A DNA stretch of 63,365 nt, the filler included, from Rhabdomonas costata (lineage: Eukaryota): assembly GCA_019059605.1 (NCBI GenBank). It is 42 parts of 42 records of this genome, joined end to end, with 100 filler letters (N's around TTAATTAATTAA, not from the genome) between each part and the next. Parts side by side here need not be neighbours in the genome. Positions count along the whole stretch, not along the records: positions 22,674 to 24,084 come from JAHMHO010016713.1; positions 24,185 to 25,595 come from JAHMHO010016714.1; positions 25,696 to 27,106 come from JAHMHO010016715.1; positions 27,207 to 28,617 come from JAHMHO010016716.1; positions 28,718 to 30,128 come from JAHMHO010016717.1; positions 30,229 to 31,639 come from JAHMHO010016718.1; positions 31,740 to 33,150 come from JAHMHO010016719.1; positions 33,251 to 34,661 come from JAHMHO010016720.1; 34 more parts are not named here. The stretch is one strand, 5' to 3'. The notes under the pieces were generated by a model that saw nothing but the letters and a program-made list of their open reading frames with translations, was not told where the DNA came from and made no database searches. Numbering within the stretch: the first letter of the stretch is position 1; the number at the start of each line of letters is the position of its first letter. Of this stretch, positions 23,062 through 36,975 are shown in pieces. The position numbers were made by a program, and so were the translations under genes.

Positions 23062-23721
23062 CTCCACGGTGGCTTCCCGCTCTGCTTTCTCCGAGGGAAA
23101 GTCCATCGTCAGGCTGTGCTGCTGAACAAATTCGTGCCAATCCACAGCCTGAGGAAGAGGCAGCACAGAACCTGTGCACAGAACCTGTGCACAGAACCTG
23201 TTCTGGTTGCTGGTCCCTTTCTTCTTTTCATATCGGCCTGTCGATCAAAATCAACACCAACCTTTTTTCGTTCTTTGGGAGGCAGGCAGAATCGCCAGCA
23301 CAGGACAGTCCAAGAACAGGTCGTGAAAAGAGGGAGAAGATCCATATTTCGGTGAATGAAACATAAGCCGAGGAGAAAAAAGAAGCGGCACTACTCTATT
23401 GTAGTGGGCCGAAAGGCAAGGAGACCAGAGACAAGGAGGAAAGGAGGGAAGGTCGGGAAAAATGAAAGTTCAGTGGTCAGACAGCATCCCGTACAATAAT
23501 CCCATTCAATACTTCAAAAATACAAAAGTGCACATAGATATAATGACTCCGGAAGCTGTGACGGGGGGGGGGTATCAAATACCGAAAGAGCGAGGCCACG
23601 CTCAGCCTGCAGCCTGGCTTCCGCCAATCGCTGCGCTTCCGCGGGCATCAGCTGTGTCCTCAACGCCGTGTTGCGGCGAAGAGTAAGCACATCAGAGGCG
23701 CCGTAGTGAGTGCACTCCACG
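23062..23721 (-). CDS. Two exons of an unknown protein (23583-23721, 23062-23148)
   Basis: AG/GT-bounded, phase-compatible exons: VECTHYGASDVLTLRR...ERGLALS | AVDWHEFVQQHSLTMDFPSEKAEREATVE. No family recognised. Confidence 0.45.
23163..23201 (+). repeat. Tandem repeat GCACAGAACCTG(T) x3
   Basis: Directly visible. Confidence 0.8.
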
Positions 23722-26700
23722 CTGTGAACACCCCCAGCGAAAGCAAAACCAGCAGCCATAACACGGAAACCTTCAGAAACGTGGGTCTAGGTAGAAACTC
23801 AATCCATTTATTCCAGTGAAGCCTTTTGTTGCTCCTTCTCCTGCTTCTGTTGCTTCCGCGGAAAGCACGAAAACAGAATGCTGAATTCGGCGTGAGCCGT
23901 TTTCAACTCCTTTCAGCTTTGGCATTGCGGGCAGCGTCCAGCAAGGGAGTGGCACGCATGGGAGGCGAGGCAGATTCAGTTTCTTCTCCCTCCTTCCCAG
24001 AAGCACAGGTCTTTTTCCAATGGCGTTTTTGGGTTACCTTTGGGTCTGAACTCGCCTGTGCTCGGACTACCAATACACACAAAANNNNNNNNNNNNNNNN
24101 NNNNNNNNNNNNNNNNNNNNNNNNNNNNTTAATTAATTAANNNNNNNNNNNNNNNNNNNNNNNNNNNNNNNNNNNNNNNNNNNNGTTTTGATATTGCTGT
24201 GATCAAATTGGGCGGCCAAAGCGGCAGAAACGTTCAACGCATCAGGCGCTTTTACAAGGGTTTTTTTCTGTTAGGTTTGCCCGCCTACCTTTTTTGCAGA
24301 TGTTTTCCACCGAAGTTGCTTTTGGAGGAATATTTCCCAGGTAACACTCATGGGGGAAAAGTGTTGGTCAGCACAAATTTCTGAAACAGTTGTTGGGCCG
24401 GGGCCGGTACCCCCGTGAAGCCGCTGGATAACAAAAGCCGTAGGCCTTTTGAAGCCCCGCGACCGCGGAAGGGATAAAGCCCGCTAAGACGGCCAAGGGT
24501 CCTCACGTTGGGTAAAATGCAAATAATCGTTGACATTAACGGGGGCACCGTGAGGGTGCAGGCTGTTGGCGGGGCAGGCCCGGCAGAAAGAATAAACCGA
24601 CAACGTCGGCGGAGGGAAAGGGTGGGGACCGCATCTTGGTTGCGAAGGATAGGCGCGTGTACAACAGCCGAATCCGAGGTGCCAAGAACGCCGTGCCCTG
24701 AGGCTTGCAAATTTAGCGGCTTTGTGGGGGAGGACAGCGTCCAATATGACTGCTAATTAGGGCTGGGCTGCTTCCGGGGCCCTTGTGCTAATAGAATGGT
24801 GCACTGTTTCGCCTGGTGCTCAAACTGGTATGGACCATCACAATTCCGCGGGATGGCAGGGGCCTGACATGTTTCAAATGGAGCCATGGGTTTGAGCGGC
24901 TGGGTCACCCGCCCGACGCGGGGCAAGGCATTTTATTTTCAATGGTGATTGCATTTTTTTTAGCCTCGGATGGGGGAGGCTGAGATTCTTGTGTGAAGCA
25001 GATCAAGCAAACCAAAACAAACGTGTCACGGTCAAACATACTGCCTTCACGCCATGGCCGGAAGTTGTGGGGGACCCCCACATGTGGGGTCATAATCTGT
25101 GTGTCATAATCCCATTGCCCGGGCTGGAATCGAGGGCTAGACGTGGGGACCCCCCACCACCAATGGGGTCGGGGTGTACAATGGGTGTGGGGCTGCGCGC
25201 TAGGTTGGATAGGGCCACCTGAAGTCCTCCTTTTGCTGTCTATGGGGCCTTTGCGTGGGGGCACACAGGACGTAGGCCAGCTAGACCATAGTTTATCAGG
25301 GTACCTATACTTAGAACCTGTTCAGTGGACCCCCCAGAAGTGGGGGCGGGCTGTCCAGTGGTGAGTGCGGGGAGCTGTGCAAACCAGGCAGGATAGAGCC
25401 ATTTGATGGACCGCCACGCCCCCCCCGGCTGCCAACGGGTTGTATATGCCAATAGCGCATAGGCTCTCCATTGACATAGTAAAGCAGGTGGCACTTTAAA
25501 GAAAGAACATACGCTTTGACGGTAGAAACCGAACATTCACCGCCGAAAAAGGCCACCGTTTGAAAGTCACCGTGAAACAACTTCACATCGGAATTNNNNN
25601 NNNNNNNNNNNNNNNNNNNNNNNNNNNNNNNNNNNNNNNTTAATTAATTAANNNNNNNNNNNNNNNNNNNNNNNNNNNNNNNNNNNNNNNNNNNNGGGGG
25701 TTTTTTTTGCGGATGAGTTAAATTCTACAGGGCGTTTTGATGTTTGATGATTGCGCAAGAAAGAGGTTGCTTGCATGGAGATCAGACCCAAGGATATGAT
25801 ACTCCAATTTCTGAGCGAGGGCAAGGGTGCTGGCGCTGAGGTGTCGTGCGTGCTCGGATTTTACGCCAAACCGCCATCCTTTCTAGACTACCACATCCAA
25901 CACAGATACACCCACACCCACATACTCCCCTACCGGAGTGGTTTTGTCGAAGTATATGCCTCTGGGTTCGGAAACTCCAGAGCGAGCAGTCCATCTTAGG
26001 TCCGACACACAGTCTTCGCACTTGTGTTGATCTCCATCTGGTGGCAATGCTTCCTTTAATCGCCTGTTGTCAGCCATCCGACTCGTCCGACATGCAGATA
26101 CAGACACCGCGCAAGCCTGCTCAAGTCTTACGGGCAGCAGCAGCAGCAGCAGCCTACTCAGCTCCTCCGCACCCCTTTCTCAGTCAGATGCGTTCCTTTC
26201 CTTCGGCTCCACAGCGAAAAGGTTGCCCTTATAGCGGCTTGTTGGGAGCCCGCGCCAAGGGAGGGTGGCCGCATGCACGGTGCTGTTTCCGCAGTGCGAC
26301 AAGCTCTACATAAGCGGTGGAGAGGTGGCTTTCAATAGGCAACCCTTTCCTGCACTTTCACTTCACATCAGTCCCAGTCTGACCGACGCTGAGGTCGTCG
26401 TGTCCAAGGTCCCACGCGCAGGACACAGCTGCACAGCCGGGATCTCACAGGAAATGGGTTGAAGCCGAACACCAGTGATAGTCGCCCCCCTTTCCATCCT
26501 TGGAGGTCGCAAACGACGACCGCCTGCGTCAGCGACGGTAAATGAATGGACACTGCACAAATTTAGTGTTGTTGAATTGCATCATATCCCTTTTAAGAGG
26601 TGCGAATCAAATTAAGCGATGGAACACCCACAGCAACATTGACGTTTTAAATCAGATTATCATATTTCAGAAAATTCTAATTGCTGTCTAGCAAGTTCTT

Positions 26701-29700
26701 AGCGTGGTCAATTATTGCAGACTCGATTCTTAGACTCGAAGGTTTCAATACTTCCATTTTTTTTGCGGATGCATCACTCATAATTCGAGCTCCTTTTGTA
26801 TATGATAATGACATTAAGTTGAAGACGGCAAGCCAAAGAAATACGTTGTAAAGTACTGATAAGCATTGCGATGTAACCAATTGCTGTCCAACCGTATAAC
26901 GTGTGGTAGTGTGGTATAGAGACTTTTGGTGCCTCAACCACTTCTGGTGCCCGGGATCGGGGCCTTATGGACGACACTGGGTTTCCTTTGGTTTTTTGAT
27001 GCTCGTGCCGCGTTTTTTCTTGCTTGCCTTGAAAATGGGCTTTTTGAACACTCAAAGGCCCTTCCAAAGGGTCGAAAATGGGGTCGTTTGAGTGAAAAAC
27101 CAACACNNNNNNNNNNNNNNNNNNNNNNNNNNNNNNNNNNNNNNNNNNNNTTAATTAATTAANNNNNNNNNNNNNNNNNNNNNNNNNNNNNNNNNNNNNN
27201 NNNNNNGGTGTGGTTTTTGCTGTTTTCCTTTACCCGGCGAGTGGCTCTGCTTCACCAAGGGGACGAAGGGAGGGGTTCCCGCCGTTGGCCGCTTTTGTGA
27301 TTTTGTGGGTGGTCATGTATGCCGTTATTCAGTCACGCTGCATTTGGAACTCCCTTGCCGGTAGAGGTGGTATGATGTTCTTTCTTTCTTTCCTTCTTTC
27401 TTTCTGCTACTCCCTTGGCTGCCTGCTCTGGTGCTTGCTTGTTGTGCAGAGATCCAGTGCTCACTTCACTGGTGCTGAACGGTGCGCTGCCGTGCTTTTT
27501 CTTTTTTGTGGAGAGCACGGTCCGAATGACTGCAGGAGCAGACATAGTGTAACCAATCGCAAGGGTTTGCGTATACCTTAATGCTACTATGGTTAAATTG
27601 GGGTCGGAGGGTGTGATTGAACTTCCTGTTGCCACCAACCCCTTCCTGCCAACGGACTATACCCTTGAGGTGCGATCTCATCGGATTGTGAGCTGTAATA
27701 CCCTGCTTCACCTTATGTTTTTTATGCTTTATGTTCTCCCCGGTCTCAGTGGTTGTTCTCGGAAGTTTAATTCTTGTCCTTGCGGTATTCCTTCGGATAC
27801 TTCTGGGCGACTTTTGCCCCCCTTCGGCTCTCACCCCTACTTGTCCCTCTCTCGCTGCGAGCGGGATGCCCAGGGTTACCAGTGTCTCGCTTTCTCCGGC
27901 GCCCCTCGGGTCCAGCTCCCGTTCTCGGTATGTTCCCGCCTTCCTCACAGGGACTGTGCTGAGCCGCTGGTTGGGGGTTGATTTATCGATGGAAATTAGT
28001 TGCCTAATGATGCTGGCTGCCTTTCCCATCATCTCAAGTAAGGACGTCCGAATGAGCTTCCAGATGATTCCCAGGATCAAAAGAAGGGCTGCTGTGCCAG
28101 GAGTGGAGGGCTTCCTCCAAGCCACCTTGCACCCATCCCCGCCACATCACCGCAGGACAGCTCATGTACTCACACAGTGAGGACAGGAGTTTCGTTCATG
28201 CGCAAAACTTGAAAAAGATTTACACAAACGCACAACACGGCAAGGGAGGTTTTCCAAGAACGGAAAGCTCAATTGTCCCACTCTTGTTGGGACATCGGCT
28301 CGCGGGTCCTCGCCCCCTTCTTGGCCTTCTCTGCTCGCTCTGCGCCTCGCTGTGTGATGCCACACTGCCTTGCCGCACACCGCACGACTCTCCCACGTCA
28401 TGCGCACACCCAGATACTCGCACAAGGTATCGATAATGCCACCACGATATACGCGGCCAATCGTGCGCGCCGAAACAAATTAATTCAAAGTGATGCGGGT
28501 GAGGCCAGAGATGCACCAGCACCCTTGTCCCCTGACCACCGTGGTCCTGACAGTATCCGTTCCAGCCCCCGCCTTGTACCTCAGCTCAGTACGTTTGCGG
28601 GGTCAGGTGGGCAGATANNNNNNNNNNNNNNNNNNNNNNNNNNNNNNNNNNNNNNNNNNNNTTAATTAATTAANNNNNNNNNNNNNNNNNNNNNNNNNNN
28701 NNNNNNNNNNNNNNNNNGGTGTGTGGTAGAGCGCTAGGGAGGGCCCCACGATTGGTATGAGGAAGATGACCTGCAGACTGGGCGAGCGCAGAGGTTTTGG
28801 AGAGCGCGGATTAATGCGCCCATTGAGGTTTCCCAAGAAACTACGCCGAGCAGCAGCGAGAAGATTCCCACTCCCGAGAAGCGGCCTGGCAACGCGAGAG
28901 TGACAAAAAGCCCGCTGGAAGCAGGAAATTTCTCTGCCAAAAACATGCCATGTGCACGTAGTGTGTCACTATGTGTGTTGGTTTGTTAAGTTGTGTTGAA
29001 AGGGGTTCACATCTGACTCTGCACTTGTAGAGCCTAAGGTATGCCTTTTCCCCTTTTTTTTTTTTGAATTTCTCTGGTCAAATGCTGTCTTCCGCACAAA
29101 GGAAGTCCAGAGGAAGCCCGGGTGAGGAGGTGAAAACCAAGGGAAATATTGTCTGCGTCACCTCAAAAAGGGACAACCGAAAAATGCACTCGAAATCAGG
29201 CATTCTCGGGCATAGGAAGCAAGGTATAAAGGGGTTGTGAAAAAAACTGGTTTTGACCTGGATGTGTATTTGCCTCTTTTGGCCTGTTCGTTGTGTATCC
29301 ACCCCCACCTCTCACCTCGGGTCTGCAACTAAGCAGGATGGCGTGTCTGAAAGTGAGTTTCTTGCCCGTTCTGCAAACATCTTGAATGGGGAGGGAAGGT
29401 GTTTCACCGTAATCGTTGAAGACCTCGTTCGCTGGTACCGGGGGGAATGTGAATATCACGGGAAGTGTGTGTTGCACGGTCGTAATACTCGTGGATTTAT
29501 GTGGTGCTGCTTCGGGCGGGGGGGCTTTACGGTGGTGTATGCGGCTCAGTCAGAGGCTCGTCCTGCGAAGCGAGCCGGGGGTGGAGGCCTCGCCCGCGGC
29601 AAGCCCTGTGAACTCTCCGCTGGCACCATTGCGGGTGGGGCTCCAAAGGTCCGCACTGCGTTTGAATAATAACCATATCGGTGGATCACTTCTTTTCCTC

Positions 29701-30228
29701 ATGGCGCGGCACAATAGTGTCGCCCTTGAACCCCCAAACCAATTTTATCTCAGACCTTTTTTTTTAGCTAAAAACATATTCGAACCAGCTTTCAGTCTGA
29801 CAGCACGTTTCTCATTTTGGCCCGAAGCGATGCAAAATTAATTTTTATTGATGAGAATTTGAAATTTTAGTCCATTTGTGCGGGGGTTAGGGCTTGAAGC
29901 TTGATATTAAGTTTGCACCCCCCACACACTCCCGATCTCCCGATGATGCGCTGCGGGATTCGGTTGTTTCGTTATTTGTTTGGTTTGTTTGGTTTGTTTT
30001 ACCACTGACGAGTTGGGAATGCACTGGGGTTCGTGCTTACAGCAGTGATGAACGGGAGTAGTCCTTGTTCGATCCTTTTCCCACCGTCCCTCCTGCCTGC
30101 TGCACGTGCAAAAAAAAAACAACACACANNNNNNNNNNNNNNNNNNNNNNNNNNNNNNNNNNNNNNNNNNNNTTAATTAATTAANNNNNNNNNNNNNNNN
30201 NNNNNNNNNNNNNNNNNNNNNNNNNNNN

Positions 30229-30775
30229 GGTTGTTTCCATCAACTCTCAGCTTGTTCAATCTCCACAAAATGTTCTGCTCAAAAGTTTCGGAACAGAACC
30301 TGGTCTTCAAGTAAGCTACAAACGCGTCCCCCGTCTCAAACGTCTGAGCGTCCACCACTGTGCCTCTGGCGTGTGGTACCATCGCTACGACCGCAAATGT
30401 GATTGCAACATTGTCAGGAAGACGCCGGTTCATCTTTTTCTTATCCACCGTGATTATCCACGGCAGGAAATTCTCTGGGTTACGATCGTATGGCGGGAAC
30501 TCTGGGTCCCGTTCCTGCAATTTCCTCAGTGCTAGTGTCTCTCGATCTGCACCCTCTGGGTTCGTACTTTCTGTGAAGATGTCAAGATCTCTTGTCATCG
30601 CTTGAGTTGTCTCTACCTGATTCTGATTCATCCATCTCAACTGCACCAGCAATTCTCCCGCCCCAATGGCCTCTCTTGGCGCGGAACCTGCCGTTGGAAC
30701 CCGCAGGACCGTTGCCATCTCTTGGACTGGACCGGGGCCCAATCTGCGGGGCTGGCTAGGTCCCGACTCTGTCAT
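30229..30775 (-). mobile_element. LTR retrotransposon Gag (capsid-like), N-terminal part
   Basis: Intronless ORF PEFPPYDRNPENFLPWI...DNVAITFAVVAM...ARG...DAFVAYLKTRF...EQNILWRLNKLR fits the Ty3/Gypsy capsid pattern. Runs off the contig edge. Confidence 0.7.
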
Positions 30776-32466
30776 TCTTTTCTCAAACAAACAAAATCAA
30801 ACTTTTCATTTCGAAAACGTGCCACAACAAACCAAACTGTCCACAATTCCAAATCAAACATCTGTTACTGACACCTCTGTCAAGTGCAGCAGTCTTTCTG
30901 CCGCACAAGTTGTTTTTTCTGCTACCACGTGCCACGTGTGGCGCTCTGGAAATTTATTATCTTCCGCTTGGGGTAATATAAAATTACTTCGGCAGCGTAA
31001 TCCCATGAAATACGCAACTAGAAGACACATGCGTCCCTACCTAACCCTACCACGCTGAAAGCCGGGTACTCGCGCTCAAAGGCGGTGGTTCCTGGGAATC
31101 AACCCGGCGGGCCAAACGGCCAAATGCAATCTTTTTTTTTGGCGTTTACGCCGGTTTATGTGACGGTGCATGTCCTTTGGGTCGGGTACCTGAACGGCAA
31201 ATCTTCTGAGGTGGCGCGTCGATTACCCAAAATTCAGGATTTATTTCTTGTGTTTTGGGAAGCGGCGCAAATCCAACAAAAAACGGCAATTGATGTTAAT
31301 TAACGGCGAAAGTCGGGAAGCGGCTGGAGCTCTGAGCTTTCGTCCTATGTTTCGGCAACAATTCTATCAGAAAAAGCGGGGTCCTACGCCAAGGCACGGC
31401 CACGGATGGGTATCTGAGCGGGTAAGGGCCCATGTGGCCAGAGTAGTTCACCTTCATTGGCGGCCGGGGGTCAGGTACAGAAGGGTAGACACCCATGGCC
31501 TTCATCAAGGAAATCCTGCTTCAAATGACTTTTTTCAGGAGAGTTTGCCCAGGACGTTGGGAAACAAAATCATCAGGAAACAGTTTCATCGCAGGAGTTG
31601 CAAATGAAAATCAAGCGGTGTCCCCGCGACCCACAAAAANNNNNNNNNNNNNNNNNNNNNNNNNNNNNNNNNNNNNNNNNNNNTTAATTAATTAANNNNN
31701 NNNNNNNNNNNNNNNNNNNNNNNNNNNNNNNNNNNNNNNTTTTTTTGTGGCCTGCATGCTGGCCCAAGCTTTCGGCCGGGCCTGCTTAGCATACTTTAGG
31801 GCAAAGCCCACGAGTATTCAAGCTGACACCGAAGTGGGCCGAAATGCTTGTTTCCAGCCACCCTAGAGTCCTTTTTTATAGTGTTTGAGCCATTTTCGCA
31901 TTTACACAGACTTGGAAACGTCGTTTTTTTTTCGCGCCTGCCTTACCTCGGGCTTGGGTTTTGTTGTGAGCAAGAACTGTAGGCTGGCGCACCGTCCGCC
32001 CACCTGCACGCTGGTGCGCCAGGACTGATTTTCATCTTTTGTTGCCGCCAGTGCCAAGCTAAAGGGCGAGAGTGCCCTTGCCGAGCATCCCCAATAAATC
32101 AAGGCAAGAAGAGGGGTGATGAGGGCCGTAAGTAGCCTGCAGAGCGCGAGCCTCCAAGCAGTCTGCTTTGATAAGAGGGGTAACCCGTCTGAAGCTGAGT
32201 GTAACAAACGGAGAAACAAAATAATTTCGATATATTTTTGGTTGGCATCATTTTCGCGTTAACTCCAGATATCGACCTGAAAGCGACAACCCAAACCCTG
32301 ATTAGTGATCAGTGAGAATCAGGGAAGGGAGATCTTTGCACAGCCAATGAAGTGCAATTGGTAAAATGTTGAAAAGGCTTGGTATTGCCTTTTTTTTCAG
32401 CGCGGCGCGGTTTTTCCCCTTGTGTTCTCAGCTTTTTTTTTCGGGCCCTGAGGCTCAGAGCCTGTT

Positions 32467-32862
32467 ATGATTGAGTTTTCGAAGCCCAGAGTGGTGTTTG
32501 CAGTCTTTATGTGCATTTTATTGGTATCGCTGCGCCCCAGGGACCGTCCTCTGGTTTCGCCTGTGTTAAATGTTGTGACGCGCGGAACCTCGGCAGGGCG
32601 CTCGCGGCTATGGATCCAAGGCGAGGCCACTTCGCTGACCTCGCAGATGGTGGACTTTGACGTCTTGCGGTTTCCTGGAAGGGAGAAAATTCGGCCGTCT
32701 CTCGTTGACGAACGCATGACAGTGAAGTTTGTGGAGCCCAATGTGCCACGGGACCCCGAGCTGTTCTACGTTTTCGGGTGTCAAATGTTGAAGCCGTCCA
32801 ACGATAGTTTTTCCACTGAGCTGGTCGTCATGAACTCCACCGGTCATCTCATGGCTTCGAAG
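32467..32862 (+). CDS. First exon of a signal-anchored protein of unknown function
   Basis: ATG, hydrophobic VVFAVFMCILLVSL, 132 open codons, GTAAC donor at 32863. Confidence 0.45.
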
Positions 32863-33548
32863 GTAACTTAGGCCATGGCTTTATTGTTTTCTAGTGAACA
32901 ATAGTTGCCATTGAGAAATCAGTGCACACATTCCAACAAACGCATTGAGAAGGAGAGCAAAAAGAGAAGTGAGAGCGCAGTTTCGCGCATCCGGACACTT
33001 CCTACCTCTGTGCGGCACGAGGAAAACAAAACAGAAGAAGAAATCCGACGTTAGGTCACATAATTAATGCTGACGAGAAATTACAATCCGATCACATTTT
33101 TAGAGCGAGGGAAATACCATCACTACCACTTCCTTTGTGCCAACAAACACNNNNNNNNNNNNNNNNNNNNNNNNNNNNNNNNNNNNNNNNNNNNTTAATT
33201 AATTAANNNNNNNNNNNNNNNNNNNNNNNNNNNNNNNNNNNNNNNNNNNNGTTTTCAAAAGTTAAGTGCTTTCAGTGCGGTTTTGGGGAAAAGAACAAGA
33301 TATGCGGACAGGAGAGATGCGGATAATACCTACGAATCTGAACCGAGCATCACTTACGTTATTTGGCCACGTTCTATATTTTCAATTAAGCTGGGACTTT
33401 TGAGAGTAACTTCTATCCCATCCACAAGCTTGCGGTACTCAAATCAGATACGAGATAATGCGGCTAGCAAGCTCTTCAGACAGGAATCAGACGAGAATGT
33501 GAAGAGCAGGCATTCTCACATACACCACCCAAGCAATGCCTCACATAC

Positions 33549-34531
33549 CTCCTGCCGGTGCAGCTGCTGCCACACCGTCCCCCTATGAGGTATGCTCAGA
33601 AAGTGGTGAAGCCACGCTCTGCACTTCAAGAAGTCCCCCTTGTGGTGGGTGAACAGCCGGGACTGCAAAACGGCATAGGAAAGACAAATCCCAGCCTGAC
33701 GTCCTGCCTGGTCTGCGCACCAGACTCGGTACATCATTTACACGCAACACTCCATTTCATCCATCGCTTAAAAACCGAGACCCAAGCTCGAGAAGCATAA
33801 TGCCATGTGCACAAACGCACCACAAGCTCCTCTGCCAAGGCTTTCTGCTCGCATGCTGAGAAAGAAAGCGACCCTTGGGAGCCCAGGGTAGCCAGATCCT
33901 GCTCCACCCGGACTACCATGCTGGCCTTCTTCAGCCTCAGATCCTCGTGGGAAACCTCTCTGGTCCCCAAGGGCAGCGGCGTTGGGCCTAACCTTTCGGT
34001 TGCACCCCTGGACTGCCTGCTCAGAGGTTGTCGGAAACCCCTAACCGACGAGGGTTCAGAACACCGGCCACAACCCAACCCACCACCGCTGCGCACGGCT
34101 CGGCCTCCGGACGCACTGCCAAGCTGCACTGGGGGATAAGACATTGGTGGTGATGACGTCGATGATGAGGAGGCAACCGCAGAAGTGGCTGCCCCAGAAA
34201 GCAAAGGTTTGCATGCACTCGCCACGGGTGAAGGGGCAACACTATAACCATTTGAGGGAAGGCACCGTGAGGAGACGTTGAGGTGCGAGATGCCCGGATT
34301 CGACTTCGAATTGGGGTTGAGCAGTGGTCCGGAGCAGCCTGGCACGGCAGAAACAGCGGTTGTGGATTTCAAGGATGCAGGTGCAACGCTAGAATTGGCC
34401 GCCTCGGTGGACGCCAAAGGATCAGACCGAGGCTGCAATCCTGGGGGAGGCCGAATGGCACGCAAGTCGAGGCCCTCCCAGAGCGCCGCTCCTCCATAAA
34501 GTGCTTCCTGAACTTCGCTAGTGTTGCAGTC
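33549..34531 (-). CDS. Ser/Pro-rich protein with a helical C-terminal region, weakly TFIIS-central-domain-like (exons 33821-34531, 33549-33662)
   Basis: 711-nt and 114-nt phase-0 exons with pyrimidine-CAG acceptors and GT donors: KALAEELV|SRLFTHHKGDFLKCRAWL. The domain call is weak. Confidence 0.45.
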
Positions 34532-35212
34532 CTGCACACAAAAGGACAGATCAACACGAAGAAAAATCCGAATCCCGCTTTCCTCCACGGAAACAACCGC
34601 TGAAAGGCAGACATGAGGATACCCAGTTCAATGTGGATCAGTTATTGTCACCCCAAAAAACNNNNNNNNNNNNNNNNNNNNNNNNNNNNNNNNNNNNNNN
34701 NNNNNTTAATTAATTAANNNNNNNNNNNNNNNNNNNNNNNNNNNNNNNNNNNNNNNNNNNNTTGTTGGGTGTGTTGGGTGTACTCTGAGGGTTTATGGGA
34801 GTGGCCATGGCGGTATTCTGCCGTTTTCGGGACTCCGCAACCCCTTTTGCCCGCGGCGTTGCTGAGGAACCGTTTATTTCAGGATTGCAACCTCAAAGTT
34901 CAGGTGAGTTCAATCGACATGAGAATTCAAAATTAAAATGCGGGGCTGTTCAAAATCCAATGCAACCCTGCTGTGTAGACACATAGGAGGCACTGGAGGA
35001 TTGGGAGCCGGGACCAACGGGGGCACATGAAGCGGGAGTGCGTCCAGAGTAATGGATATAAGGGCAGAAGAAAGGAGCGTTCACACGACAGCGAACCTAT
35101 TCATACCAGGATATCCAAAAAAGAACGAAAACCCACCAAGAGCAGCAACCCTAACAACTGCAGCCAGGAAATGGCGATTCAGATTCTGGACTCGAGGACA
35201 GGAAAGGCAAAC

Positions 35213-35531
35213 CCTCCTTCAGTGCGATCGGTCGGATCACAGCGTCCACTTTGGGGTTGAAGAAGAAGGGCAGCGAGAACCGCTCCTCTGCGCTGAAGTT
35301 GTTCACGCGGTGGATCGTCGCGATGAAGTAGCGGTGCGTGCATAGCTCGAGCATCTCCCCGGTGTTGACGACCAGAGTGCCCGGGATGGGGCGGGCGTCC
35401 ACCCACTGGTTGGCGTTGTTGAGAACCTGAAGCCCACCCACGCCGTCCTGGAGGACAAGCGTGAGGAAGCCGTAGTCCTTGTGCGAGCCCACGCCCTGCT
35501 CGCCATTGGGGGAAGGGGGATATCGGATCAC
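35213..35531 (-). CDS. 2-oxoglutarate/Fe(II) oxygenase, IPNS-like family, internal exon
   Basis: IRYPP...GVGSHKDYGFLTLVLQDGVGGLQV...VVNTGEMLE...ATIHRV...RFSLPFFFNP contains the HxD...H triad and the RxS motif. Confidence 0.95.
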
Positions 35532-36927
35532 CTTTAGGGAAAAGCCAAAGAAAAGAACTCAGCTGAGGCATGCAATTGCAACGTGCTGAGCGAAAAACAG
35601 CAGAATTGGCCAGGGCGACGAAGAAAACTACTTGCCCTTTGGCCCTAAGTCACTCTAAACAAGAAGCAACAGCAATGTATTCACGGACTGAATGGGTTGG
35701 TCTCCGTGAGGGGGCAGAAACCGCTTGTCATTTAGAGTCCTTTTGTGCTCTGGAGGCATGGCTTATCTCAGCCCTTAACTCAGCCTGAGCAGTCGTGCCC
35801 GAGAAAGTTTCGACACCGCTGTCTCCCCGGGTTGAGCAGAGATTCCCGTCTGTTGTGTTGAACCCCCCCCCCCCGGCTCATAGTAGAATTGAGGGGATTT
35901 CCGTGCAAGCACCCAGGCACCCAGGCAGCACGCGTTTTATGCACGGAGCTCTTGCCAACATTCTGCTATTTTCCCATCTCTCCCTCTCCCTCTGGTGGAC
36001 CCCCTTGCAATTTACTGCTGCTTGCACCTTTCTCGTTTATATTGACTTATATTTTTTACTGTGGCATTGCCTTGCTTCCTTGGCAATGCTGTGAACGTTG
36101 CTGCTACTATTTGTGTAGTTGCATGTCGCTTATCAAATCAGGGGGAACAGCGGCAGAAGTACGACACACNNNNNNNNNNNNNNNNNNNNNNNNNNNNNNN
36201 NNNNNNNNNNNNNTTAATTAATTAANNNNNNNNNNNNNNNNNNNNNNNNNNNNNNNNNNNNNNNNNNNNTTTTGTGGGTCGTCGCGCTACAAAGTGGCGT
36301 CAGCACCTCCGGTGACGGACACGGATGAGTGAGTTCACCGTGTCAAACGGATGAGCCAGTCCATTTAGAGACTGTATACAGGATCTGGATTGGCCTTTGG
36401 CCTCGGCGATGCCTAAGAGGGTACTCTTGGTGTGGTGGTATAATAGCGGGACGCGATTGTAGGAATGACACATCTCTCACAAAAAGGGTTTTTTTTGTGT
36501 GTGTGTGTTGTGTGAATATCCTCCAAGGATCCTAGGATCTATTCACTCAGGAACCCCGTACAGAGCCCTTTCGCTTCGACCCTTTATACCTGTTCTCCTC
36601 TTCTTCTCAAAAGTGTATCTCCCCCGGCGGCACCTCCACCTAAGCAAACATTACCTAATATCCCAGTGGTACGTCCATTCAATGCAATTGCACGGAATAG
36701 CATGTTGTGTTTGTGCAAGATGTGGTTTCTCTTCTTGGTAATCTTGGGCTTGGTTTTTGTTTAACGGATGTGATTGTCTTGATGCGCGTGGGTCTTGAGC
36801 GATGGGTGGCGTTGATCCTTGCTGGTCCTGCAGGCGCAAGTGGTATGACGCCGAGGCCAAATGGTTTACGGATGGAACGCCTATGTCAGCGACGAGGTAG
36901 CCATGTTTAGTTAGCAGTGTTTTATGC

Positions 36928-36975
36928 TTCGGTTTCGGTTTCGGTTTCAGTTTCGGTTTCGGTTTCGGTTTCGGT
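36928..36975 (+). repeat. Microsatellite (TTCGGT)8
   Basis: Eight hexamers with one G>A variant. Confidence 0.9.

Noticed and set aside
24185-30128. Several 100-220-aa ORFs in contigs 17-20 (similarly 1513-4436, 7560-8971, 16630-18040, 36270-39190, 54399-55810 and 61956-63365)
   Set aside because: No recognisable domain or consistent exon chain. They may hold exons or decayed repeats, but I cannot support a call by eye.
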